The notes below the pieces were generated by a model. That model made no database searches and was not told the origin of the DNA. It saw nothing but the letters and a program-made list of their open reading frames with translations. A stretch of DNA of 64,000 nucleotides, from assembly GCA_964347045.1 (NCBI GenBank), contig CAYFXC010000005.1, positions 32,068 to 96,067 of the forward strand. Direction: 5' to 3'. This DNA comes from an uncultured archaeon. GTDB lineage: Archaea; Asgardarchaeota; Hermodarchaeia; Hermodarchaeales; Hermodarchaeaceae. Within the stretch, counting starts at the first letter, position 1. Every line of letters starts with the position of its first letter. The translations under genes were made by a program, and so were the position numbers. Shown here one piece after another: positions 54,628 through 63,503 of this stretch.

Positions 54628-55401
54628 TCATTCGTCTTGGCCGTAGCTTTGCCATTTACTAGCTCGCGCAAATCCTCTCATATATCCAACTTTGTGATTT
54701 ACGCTGAGAACTGTGCCTTTGGTATGGCCCCGGAGAATTACTGCCGTTCGTCGTGTTTTAGGATCGATATATAATGGGCCTCGAATTGAGTTCCAAAGAA
54801 ACTCACTGAAATATGCGGTTAGTAAGCTTATGGTTGTTGATATTGCACAAAATGATGTGATAACCATTACTGCCATTAGGAGAAAGAGCCAAGGAGATGT
54901 AAGCCATAGAAGCATTTCGTAGGGTGAAGTGTATCCATACATGCCTGCAATGATGGAGAATAGCATATTCATATTTATCATGTCGATGAGGTAGGCGTTC
55001 GAGTAAAAAACCGCAAATAGAACGGCTCCCAGTAGGCGATGACGGAAGGAATGAGAATCTATGAGTGGGATGAAAATTGCTGCGGATATGCCGATGCTGA
55101 AACTCATGATAAGAGGAATGGGTGATGAGGGTATAGAGACTATTTGAATGGAATAGCTTGAACCTGACCCTGAAGAGATTTCTTCTATAAAAACGGTGGG
55201 TGGGATGAAAATGGCGATGCTAAGAAGGATTAAACCTGCTATGCCCGAAATTAGAATGTACAAAAAAACTCCGCTATCGGAAATCCAGCTTCTTTTAGGG
55301 ATTGAATAGGTGGTTGGAAAATCACGCGCCATGGATGGCGGCATGGGGCAAGCTTTGTAAGATTTCTTCAATGCATTTTTATTTAATGGGTTATTTTCCA
55401 T
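54628..55401 (-). CDS. Hypothetical polytopic membrane protein
   Basis: About 6 TM helices. The start was placed at the internal Met (55401), because the track start at 55482 would overlap the upstream regulator gene by 100 nt. Confidence 0.5.
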   Translation of the reverse strand: MENNPLNKNALKKSYKACPMPPSMARDFPTTYSIPKRSWISDSGVFLYILISGIAGLILLSIAIFIPPTVFIEEISSGSGSSYSIQIVSIPSSPIPLIMSFSIGISAAIFIPLIDSHSFRHRLLGAVLFAVFYSNAYLIDMINMNMLFSIIAGMYGYTSPYEMLLWLTSPWLFLLMAVMVITSFCAISTTISLLTAYFSEFLWNSIRGPLYIDPKTRRTAVILRGHTKGTVLSVNHKVGYMRGFARASKWQSYGQDE

Positions 55402-55877
55402 CCTAATTGCTCCCTGATCTGAGTCAACAAGTGGAGAGCATTCTCGGAGGGTGTATGGTTGGGTTGTAGTAAGACTTGCCACTCTTTGGCTAGTTGGTTG
55501 ATGGTATCAATGCAATTATCCTGGGCTTCACAATTGTTACAGGCGCCATTATGTTCAAACCAAGTTTGGATTCCGAGTTTGAGTGAGTAAAAAATATAGG
55601 CTTGGCTTTTGGTGCTGGGATTGTAACCAACAGCGAATCCATGTCGGGGGCTAGAATGTTGGATATGAATACGGTTGACTGCTGCTGAATATTGGATGAG
55701 TTGTTTAATCCTTGTTTCGGCCTGTCGTTGAGCCTTACTGATGAATGGGCGAGAGACGCCAAATTTCTCTGCAAGTTTAGAGGGGCGGATTTTTTGACGC
55801 CTTTTCAACCAGATGTGATTTTGCTGCTTAGTGGGGTATCGCAGGTTAGGAAACATCAAACAAACTCTTCCATTCAT
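55383..55877 (-). CDS. Tfx-like HTH DNA-binding protein
   Basis: The N-terminal segment TKQQNHIWLKRRQKIRPSKLAEKFGVSRPFISKAQRQAETRIKQL parallels the LuxR/sigma-r4-like HTH of archaeal Tfx. The C-terminal domain contains C..C. Confidence 0.45.
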   Translation of the reverse strand: MNGRVCLMFPNLRYPTKQQNHIWLKRRQKIRPSKLAEKFGVSRPFISKAQRQAETRIKQLIQYSAAVNRIHIQHSSPRHGFAVGYNPSTKSQAYIFYSLKLGIQTWFEHNGACNNCEAQDNCIDTINQLAKEWQVLLQPNHTPSENALHLLTQIREQLGWKITH

Positions 55878-56068
55878 TTCTTTGGTTCTCTGAACTATTA
55901 TACATAATTTAGATACATAAATTAACCTGTTTTGGGTTAACTCTTCAAATGTAATATAAATTTTGTAAAATGAAATTCCGTTTCATCCAAAATTTGGTTA
56001 GCAAAACCAATAGTTACTTAATATCCTGTTGGCATTTTGCCATATCTTTCATTGGAGGAATTTTCTTA

Positions 56069-56614
56069 ATGGTTAAAGATATGACAGAAGCCAATTTGCG
56101 CAGTGCATATGCTGGTGAAAGTCAAGCGCATATGCGATACCTCATTTACATGGATATGGCAAATAAGGAAGGCTTTCCGAATGTTGCGCGTCTTTTCCAT
56201 GCTGCTGCTTATGCCGAACGGGTTCATGCAAAAACCCATTTCAAGCATATCAAGACGAAAGGTGACTTCCAAACCGTCGGTGGTGCTATCTTCGGTACAG
56301 AAAACACTTCTGAAGCCCTTCAAGCAGGAATTGATGGAGAAAGTTTTGAAATCGAAGAAATGTATCCCGCTTATCGTACAGTTGCACAAGCCCAGGGTGA
56401 AAAGGGTGCCGATACAAGTTTCTACTGGGCAATGGAAGCCGAAAAGAACCACCTGCGTCTTTATGAGAAAGCGAAGAAAGCCGTCGATGCCGGAAAGGAC
56501 GCAGATTTCAACGATATTCAAGTATGTCCTGTTTGTGGTCACACAGTAGAGGGTGCAGCACCAGACTCTTGCCCTATATGTAAAACACCAGGATCGAAGT
56601 TTAAAACCTTCTAG
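56069..56614 (+). CDS. rbr: Rubrerythrin
   Basis: Diiron four-helix-bundle motifs (AYAGESQAHMRY, ERVH, EIEEMYP, EAEKNH) plus a C-terminal rubredoxin-like CPVCGH...CPICK. ATG 56069 is preceded by GGAGGA; the track start at 55970 adds a non-protein-like leader. Confidence 0.9.
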   Translation: MVKDMTEANLRSAYAGESQAHMRYLIYMDMANKEGFPNVARLFHAAAYAERVHAKTHFKHIKTKGDFQTVGGAIFGTENTSEALQAGIDGESFEIEEMYPAYRTVAQAQGEKGADTSFYWAMEAEKNHLRLYEKAKKAVDAGKDADFNDIQVCPVCGHTVEGAAPDSCPICKTPGSKFKTF

Positions 56615-56740
56615 CTGTTTTATGTTTTTAGCTATAACCTGTTTTTACAGGTTTGGCTTCTCTCCATCTTTATTTAATGTCCTACTAATTTTTAGCCATT
56701 AACCACTAGAAATTAGTTCCTCTTTGGAGGTTAGTTTAAG

Positions 56741-57655
56741 GTGGTGTTCTTTGATCCTGGCATTATCATCTTTCTTCAGACAATATTTCCATATGCAGTT
56801 TGGGAGTTATTGAATCTTTTTGGTGAACCGATTTTCTATGTGATTGTACTCGGTACCTCCTATTGGTGTCTGAACAAACGGGAAGGAAAAATAGCGATAA
56901 TATTGGTAATGTTTTCTAATTTCATCAATATCATACTGAAATATGCATTCAAAATACCACGCCCTCCAACAGAACTTCGTCAAAATCCTGAATACGCCGC
57001 AGATCAATCCTATGGATTTCCGAGTGGTGCGACACAAACGGCTACAACATTCTGGGGATGGGTTATGCTACGTCTGCGCCGATGGTGGATCGTGACGGTA
57101 GGAGTTATGATCATTATTATCACAGCACTTGCTCGCATGGGTCTAGGAATGCACTATTCAGGTGATGTAATTGGTGGGATAATATTTGGAGTCATTCTCG
57201 TTACTTGGGCATTTTTTTTAGTACCATATTTTGAGCCACGCTGGAAGCGTATCCCTGAATATCTCCAAAATTGGTTACTACCTAGCATAGCGCTGATATT
57301 CTTTCTCATTTATTTCACGGCCTATGCAACTGGGCTACCCTACTTCCCATCAGAGAATATTGCTCTTTCAATGGGCATCGTTTTTGGTTTCTGTACCGGA
57401 CTTATACCAGAAAAGCGTTATGTGGATTTCAGTACAAAAGTTTCAAGAAATACAAAAATTATACGAGCAATTTTAGGTGTTTTTGTTGCCTTTATCATCT
57501 ACTTTGCATTGACTGCGGGATTCTCACTCATTCCCGGTCTTCCGCTCCTTGACTATACAGCACGATTTATCCGGTATATTATTGTCGGCTTCTTTGGAGC
57601 CTTTATCATTCCCCTTATGTTTTCCTATATTGAAAAGTGGAGAGGGCTAACATAG
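56741..57655 (+). CDS. PAP2-superfamily membrane phosphatase-like protein (GTG start)
   Basis: C1 KIPRPP, C2 PSGATQ (His replaced by Ala) and C3 ARMGLGMHYSGDVIGG, with multiple TM helices. Confidence 0.7.
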   Translation: MVFFDPGIIIFLQTIFPYAVWELLNLFGEPIFYVIVLGTSYWCLNKREGKIAIILVMFSNFINIILKYAFKIPRPPTELRQNPEYAADQSYGFPSGATQTATTFWGWVMLRLRRWWIVTVGVMIIIITALARMGLGMHYSGDVIGGIIFGVILVTWAFFLVPYFEPRWKRIPEYLQNWLLPSIALIFFLIYFTAYATGLPYFPSENIALSMGIVFGFCTGLIPEKRYVDFSTKVSRNTKIIRAILGVFVAFIIYFALTAGFSLIPGLPLLDYTARFIRYIIVGFFGAFIIPLMFSYIEKWRGLT

Positions 57656-57709
57656 CTGGCTTGAAAAATGAATTATGTCTATCAAGAGAAATAATTTGAT
57701 GGTGTTGGG

Positions 57710-58243
57710 TTACCGCGCTTTAATACCTATGTTAAACACAATTTCCCCAAACATTTCTTGTTTGGCTTGGCAAATTGGGCACTTAAGGGGTGCTTCTTCC
57801 CGGAACGCAACGTAGCCACAAATTTTGCAGTAATAGAGTTTACGGTTGGTATCCGATGTTTCAGCAGTTTCTGAACTGGTCGATATGGATTTCGTAGTTT
57901 TTCCCATGGCTTGATCAACTTTAGCCTGGGGACGTCTTTCAGGAATTGGTTCCATGGGTTTGATTCCATCAAAGACATCTTTGTTGACATACAGGGCACA
58001 ATAACATTGCCCAAACTCCTCAATATCTGCGTCACGATAATCACAAGGACAGATAATATCTCGGTCCCATTCAAAATTCCCTGAAGCTAGTCGGCAGGGG
58101 CAAGCCCCGTATCCATACCTTTCTTCGTTTTCCTTTAGTCCTTCAAAGAGGTTTTGGAGAAACTCGGGGTCAGGAGTTAAGAAATAGCCATGTGACTTCG
58201 CATTGGCTTCACAACGACGTTTTATATTTTCAATACTGGTCAT
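57710..58243 (-). CDS. Ferredoxin:thioredoxin-reductase catalytic-subunit-like protein fused to a C-terminal rubredoxin-like domain
   Basis: FTRc motif CPCR...CPC...C.C (GACPCRLASGNFEWDRDIICPCDYRD...GQCYCALY). The C-terminus has YYCKICGY...KCPICQA. Confidence 0.8.
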   Translation of the reverse strand: MTSIENIKRRCEANAKSHGYFLTPDPEFLQNLFEGLKENEERYGYGACPCRLASGNFEWDRDIICPCDYRDADIEEFGQCYCALYVNKDVFDGIKPMEPIPERRPQAKVDQAMGKTTKSISTSSETAETSDTNRKLYYCKICGYVAFREEAPLKCPICQAKQEMFGEIVFNIGIKAR

Positions 58244-58524
58244 AATCCCAACGCCTTAGTCAGTTCGTCCTTCTTGAAGCCTGTGATTATCGTCTTATCA
58301 TCAATGATTATGGTTGGAAAGGCAATACGGCCTCCCCGGTTTCTAATGTCCTGGTTGACAATTTCCTTATCAGCATGATCTTGTTTGTCGACATCGATAT
58401 ATTCGTATTCTACGCTATTGTCTCTAAGAAAGGCTTTGGTCATTTTACACCAGCCGCACGTGCTCAAAGCATAGAGGAGGACTTGGTGATCTTTTCGGTC
58501 ACCTTGTACTTTCTTCCGTTCCAT
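58240..58524 (-). CDS. Glutaredoxin-like small thiol-disulfide protein
   Basis: LYALSTCGWCKMTKAFL (CxxC) with FPTIIID and a thioredoxin-fold size. The stop overlaps the FTR-like start (ATGA). Confidence 0.8.
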   Translation of the reverse strand: MERKKVQGDRKDHQVLLYALSTCGWCKMTKAFLRDNSVEYEYIDVDKQDHADKEIVNQDIRNRGGRIAFPTIIIDDKTIITGFKKDELTKALGL

Positions 58525-58687
58525 GATTATCGTCCCTCGGCACCTCCTCGTGCTTTGACTTTAAAAGAGTTATCAACTTACGTGATATTGTTAGATCCAT
58601 TTCTTACCGTTGTAACCTCGATATATTGAAAACATAGGCTCGCAATAGATAAGATGTTTGAACCTATTCTACTGAGGTGTATTCTAA

Positions 58688-60073
58688 ATGAAGTTTGAGC
58701 TCATCAGTTCACCAGGAATTGCACATAAAAGTTATTTCATGGCAGATAAGGGCGAAGCTTTTGTTGTTGATCCACGACGCGATGCCAATATATATCTTGA
58801 ATTGGCAAAAGACGCCTGTGCGGATATCATCTATATATTTGAAACCCATCGCAATGAAGATTTCGTTGTTGGTTCGCTAGAATTACAGAACCTATGCGGG
58901 GCTGAAATCGTTCACAGCCGCGAAACACCATTCAAATATGGCGAGCATGGCGTGAAAGATGGAGATAAATTCAAAGTCAGCCGATTTCATATAGAAACGC
59001 TTCATTCTCCAGGGCACACAGACGATTCCATCTGTTTTTCCGTTACTGATCCAGCCAATAGTAGGAAACCTTTCATGGTTTTCACTGGTGATACTTTATT
59101 CGTAGGGGATATTGGACGTACTGATCTCCCAGGGCTCGATATCTGGGAGAAAATGACCGAAAAACTATATCACAGTTTACATGACGCGCTCCTTCCTCTC
59201 GGAGATGAAGTCGTTATCTATCCAGGACATGGAGCCGGATCTATATGTGGTCACGCGATTAGTGATCGGAATTTTAGCACAATTGGTTACGAACGACTTC
59301 ACAATCAGATTTTCCAACTTGATAAAGAGGCATTCAAAAAACACGTAATGAGTATCAAACTTCGACGACCACCATATTTTCAACAGATGGAAGTATACAA
59401 TTTGGAAGGTCCTCCTCTCCTTCGGGATGCACCTGTTCCCCGTGTTTTGACAGTTGCTGAATTTGAAAAAGCCATGGAGAATTCCAACACGATTGTTGTG
59501 GATACACGCAATCCTGATGCTTATGCAGCTTCTCATTTGCCTGGCTCGTTTAGTATTTGGCTCAACGGGTTGTCTTTCTATCCTGGATGGGTTCTAAAAC
59601 ATGATCAAGAGATTCTTTTGGTGCTTGAACGACCTGAAGACATCAATAAAGCAAAATCCTTTCTTTGGCGGCTTGGATATGATAACATTAAGGGGTATCT
59701 ATGTCCGGGCATAGATGCTTGGCGTAATAAAGGAAAACCAACAGATCAAATTGGAGCTATCACCGCAACTCAACTTAAAGACAAACTCGAAAAGGATGAA
59801 CTCTTACTAATTGATGTCCGTGAAACCTATGAGTGTGAAGCCGGATTTGTGGATGGGTCAAAATACATCTATGTGGGAGAATTAGCAAAACATGTTGATT
59901 CACTTCCAACAGATAAACCATTGGCCGTAACCTGTGGTTGGGGTGGAAGAGGCAGTCTTGCCTCCAGTATTCTACGAAGACACGGTTTCAGAGATGTAAC
60001 TAATGTTTTGGGAGGGCTCAATGCTTGGCAGGCCCTCGATTATCCTTTGATTAAGGATCTATGCATCGATTGA
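58688..60073 (+). CDS. Metallo-beta-lactamase-fold (glyoxalase II/persulfide-dioxygenase-like) protein fused to two rhodanese domains
   Basis: ETHRNEDF (HxHxD variant), HSPGHTDDS, GDTLFVGDIGRTD and YPGHG. These are followed by two rhodanese-like repeats (VVDTRNPDAY..SHLPGS; LIDVRE...G...GS.YI...CGWGGRG). Confidence 0.85.
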   Translation: MKFELISSPGIAHKSYFMADKGEAFVVDPRRDANIYLELAKDACADIIYIFETHRNEDFVVGSLELQNLCGAEIVHSRETPFKYGEHGVKDGDKFKVSRFHIETLHSPGHTDDSICFSVTDPANSRKPFMVFTGDTLFVGDIGRTDLPGLDIWEKMTEKLYHSLHDALLPLGDEVVIYPGHGAGSICGHAISDRNFSTIGYERLHNQIFQLDKEAFKKHVMSIKLRRPPYFQQMEVYNLEGPPLLRDAPVPRVLTVAEFEKAMENSNTIVVDTRNPDAYAASHLPGSFSIWLNGLSFYPGWVLKHDQEILLVLERPEDINKAKSFLWRLGYDNIKGYLCPGIDAWRNKGKPTDQIGAITATQLKDKLEKDELLLIDVRETYECEAGFVDGSKYIYVGELAKHVDSLPTDKPLAVTCGWGGRGSLASSILRRHGFRDVTNVLGGLNAWQALDYPLIKDLCID

Positions 60074-60146
60074 TCACGATTTATGTAGTACATGCAGATG
60101 TTCCTACGAATATTTCCCAGCTTGGCTGCAGTATTTCAAATATTTG

Positions 60147-61823
60147 CTAGGGAATGAAATAACCCCAAAAGAACGCAAGACTCGCCACCACAAGAGTCAC
60201 TAAGAGTATAACAGGTAATGCTTTGCGCATGACTTGCCCCTCTATCTCCTTTGCATCAATAACCGCTGCGGCGTTTTGTAATTTTGCTGGCGAAAGAACA
60301 CTGGCTAATCCGCCACCTATTCCCGAGCTGGCACCCACGATGAGAGGTTGGGCACCTATCTGCAAGGAGGTGAGCTGGTGGTAGGGTTGGAACATGACAA
60401 TGGTGGAAGTTTCACTACCACTAACAAAACCTCCCAGAAGTCCAAGAAATGCGGCTGTTAAAGGATAGAGGGGACCGAAAGTAGTGGCCGTGACAACAGA
60501 GAGTACAAAAATCATGTTCCATTCGGGGAATCGGGTCCAAGATCCTGCGACGATTACGCTTCCTGAATATATCATTATGTAGGCTAGAGCGAAGAAGATG
60601 GCGGCAGAAACAAACGGTCGCCAGGCACGGGACATCCAAGTACTTATGGTTTCAAGTAGTACCATTTTGAAATTAGAAACTTGTTTCTTAGCACGAGCCA
60701 GGTATGCATCAATTATGATTGCTAGTAGAGTTGAAATGAGCACCCAAAAATACGCGTTCCAGAGAAATCGCGTGTTGATTGTAATAATTCCGATGATGAT
60801 GGGAAAGGTCAAGACATTGAATAATTGATTATAAATTGGGGGGACGAGATTCACGAGAAAGCAGAAAAAAATTAGGATCAGCCATGGTGACACCGCTTGG
60901 AGAAGTCCCATCCCTTCGATTATTGCTTGATCTTTCTCTGTGAGAATGCTTTTATTTACAAGAGGTAACCCTCGAAGCTTGGAATAGGCTAGCATTGCAG
61001 ATATTACGGCGAGTCCCGCAAAGACATTTGTAAGTGTAGTCAAGCCCACCCAGATGAGATTACAGAAATAGCACACCATCCCCGCAATAATACCAGTAAG
61101 AAAGGCTAAGCTCAGGGCTTCTCGATTAAATAATAATCTTCGCCCCCCGGCTAACCAAAGCATGGCCAAAGCAATACCTGTGGCTACTATAGGCATATAC
61201 AACGAGAATATGTGACCAGAAATAAACAATGGCTCAACACCAGGATATCGTGAGCTCCAATAGTCTGCAGGGACGACATCAGAAAAAACCAAAACAGGAA
61301 TACCAAGAAGGGCATAGGTGGTGAGGGGGTCGTATCCAATTGAGGGGAGCATTACAGCAATTAATGGAGAGAAGCCCATGGCGAGCATTACGGGTGGAAG
61401 CATACTAACGGGCGTTGCTCCTAAACCCACGAGGAATAAACCAAGTCCAATGTTAATGAGCATAATTTGAATTGCTTTGTTACCTGATCCCAGGGTTTTG
61501 AAAAAGACGGTTATTCGTGCTAATGCACCAGTTCTAACCATGTAGGTAATCATGAGGATAGATGTTATTACCATTAAGGAGATAGGAAAAGATGCAAGAA
61601 TTCCGGCAAAACTAGCAGCAAGTGCAAGAATGGGATTGGTGCCAAAGCACAAGATTGCAATCGAAAATCCCAATAAAAACGCTACGACACCAACTTTATC
61701 TGCAGACCATCGTCGGAATAAGAGAAGGTATAAGGCAACGATAATTGGGAGAAGGATAAGAAGCGTTCCTAGTAAGGGATTAGCTGCAACGAAGAGTGTA
61801 AGTGGTAAAGCCATGATAATCAT
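60147..61823 (-). CDS. lctP: L-lactate permease (LctP) family transporter
   Basis: 558 aa with about 14 TM helices. By recollection it is colinear with E. coli LldP: an LLPI... N-terminus, a G.GATPV...GF.PL block, and a C-terminal FLG.LGGFVSGSETS...GGLASVLSP block. Confidence 0.7.
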   Translation of the reverse strand: MIIMALPLTLFVAANPLLGTLLILLPIIVALYLLLFRRWSADKVGVVAFLLGFSIAILCFGTNPILALAASFAGILASFPISLMVITSILMITYMVRTGALARITVFFKTLGSGNKAIQIMLINIGLGLFLVGLGATPVSMLPPVMLAMGFSPLIAVMLPSIGYDPLTTYALLGIPVLVFSDVVPADYWSSRYPGVEPLFISGHIFSLYMPIVATGIALAMLWLAGGRRLLFNREALSLAFLTGIIAGMVCYFCNLIWVGLTTLTNVFAGLAVISAMLAYSKLRGLPLVNKSILTEKDQAIIEGMGLLQAVSPWLILIFFCFLVNLVPPIYNQLFNVLTFPIIIGIITINTRFLWNAYFWVLISTLLAIIIDAYLARAKKQVSNFKMVLLETISTWMSRAWRPFVSAAIFFALAYIMIYSGSVIVAGSWTRFPEWNMIFVLSVVTATTFGPLYPLTAAFLGLLGGFVSGSETSTIVMFQPYHQLTSLQIGAQPLIVGASSGIGGGLASVLSPAKLQNAAAVIDAKEIEGQVMRKALPVILLVTLVVASLAFFWGYFIP

Positions 61824-62152
61824 CCTGTATTCTTCGAATGATTTCGTTCACCATCGCGACCTTTATCCCTATATAACTACTAAAGGTTGCCAATTTTTTA
61901 CCAAAAATACAGGACGCGATATAGGTATTCAAGGAAGCTCTAAGTCAATGGAACCTAACAATTACTTTCAGGCGCCTTTGGTTGTAACAAAACACTTTTT
62001 TCGTTTCTCTAGGAGGAGGCTGTTTTAACCCCGATATTGACTCTTCTCTTTCCTTTTTTAGCAAATCCCCTCAAAGCATTTACTTTCCACAAAGAACAAA
62101 AGGAAACGCCACACATTCCTCTATCACGCTCTAATCTTGGAGGTTTTGTATC

Positions 62153-63463
62153 TTGACTGAGAAGTTCGATATTATCGTAGTTGGTGCAGGAATCCTTGGT
62201 GTCGCTTCTGCATATTACATTCAGAAAAATAATCCAGATGCAACAATACTCCTCGTAGATAGCCAACCCGACGTAGGACAAGCGAATACCGCAATGAGTG
62301 CTGCCGCGATTCGTAACATGTTTTCCTCATCGACGAATCAATTGCTCACTGATACCAGCATCAGTTTCTTCCGTCACATCCAAGAAGATCTCAACTTCGA
62401 TCTGGCACTTCATTTCTGTGGGTATTTGTGGCTGCTGAGTAATGGGCAATTCAAGGAATCTACCGTCCAATCTTGGATAAAACGGATGGAAGCTAATAAC
62501 ATCGCGAACAAAGTTATCGAAAAGCCAGAACTTAAAAAACTCCTTCCCGATTTGGTTACAGAGTTCACTGATGATGAAGAAGCTGTCCTAATGAACTTGA
62601 ACCCCGTTGATTATGCACTTTTTGGAGCCGAGTGCGGTGTGCTAGATCCAAGCCTCCTCGTGCAATTCTATAAAGAAGAATTTCTTAAGCTTTCCAAGAT
62701 TAAACCCCGATTCAATCTCACCGTTGAAAGGTTACTCTTAGAAGCTCAACCGCCACTTGGGCTTCCCGGTGAACCCTATGTTTGGCAGGATAAATTAATC
62801 ACTGGCATTCGAACCTCCCAAGGAGTTTTACACGCTGACAAGGTTGTTCTTGCAGTGGGACCTTGGACTAATGCATTGCTTGATCCTGTTGGCATTCCTA
62901 GTTACGTAAAAGCGAAGAAACGCCAACTCTTCATTGTTGCTGCCAGTGATAATGCTCCTCTTGAAAAACTACTCTTTACCAAAGGTTTTAGTGACGCAGG
63001 GTTCATTCCGTTCACAATTCTCCCTTCCGGTGGATGTTACTTTCGAGGTGTTCCCGAAGAGAAATCCTTCTGGATTGGCTGTGCTGATAGGGTCGGTCGA
63101 GCCTACACATATAATATGCAAGACGAGGACTATAATGCTGAACGTGCCTATTATGAACAAAGCATTTATCCTGTCCTCAGCAAATATTTTCCTGCTTTTG
63201 CTAACCTGCGGCCCACTAATATGTGGGCTGGAGCGTATTCCTATTCGGTCGATGCAATTCCTTTAGTCTACGAGCACTGTGGAGTCATTGTTGTGACTGG
63301 GGCTAGTGGGTCGGGTATCATGAAAGCGGATGCCATCGCTCGAATGGCAGATGCTCTTTATCGGGGCGAAAAAGATGCCGAATTGTATGGAGGGCGTACA
63401 ATACCTGCTGCTTCGCTAGGTCTTACACATCGTAAAGTTGAAAGAGAAAATGTTTTGATTTAG
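62153..63463 (+). CDS. FAD-dependent oxidoreductase (DAO/glycine-sarcosine oxidase-like), TTG start
   Basis: N-terminal dinucleotide fold FDIIVVGAGILGVASAYYI, and a late GASGSGIM motif. Confidence 0.8.
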   Translation: MTEKFDIIVVGAGILGVASAYYIQKNNPDATILLVDSQPDVGQANTAMSAAAIRNMFSSSTNQLLTDTSISFFRHIQEDLNFDLALHFCGYLWLLSNGQFKESTVQSWIKRMEANNIANKVIEKPELKKLLPDLVTEFTDDEEAVLMNLNPVDYALFGAECGVLDPSLLVQFYKEEFLKLSKIKPRFNLTVERLLLEAQPPLGLPGEPYVWQDKLITGIRTSQGVLHADKVVLAVGPWTNALLDPVGIPSYVKAKKRQLFIVAASDNAPLEKLLFTKGFSDAGFIPFTILPSGGCYFRGVPEEKSFWIGCADRVGRAYTYNMQDEDYNAERAYYEQSIYPVLSKYFPAFANLRPTNMWAGAYSYSVDAIPLVYEHCGVIVVTGASGSGIMKADAIARMADALYRGEKDAELYGGRTIPAASLGLTHRKVERENVLI

Positions 63464-63503
63464 CCCAACTAAGGGGAATTTTCATCATCGTGGGTGCAGT
63501 GTT

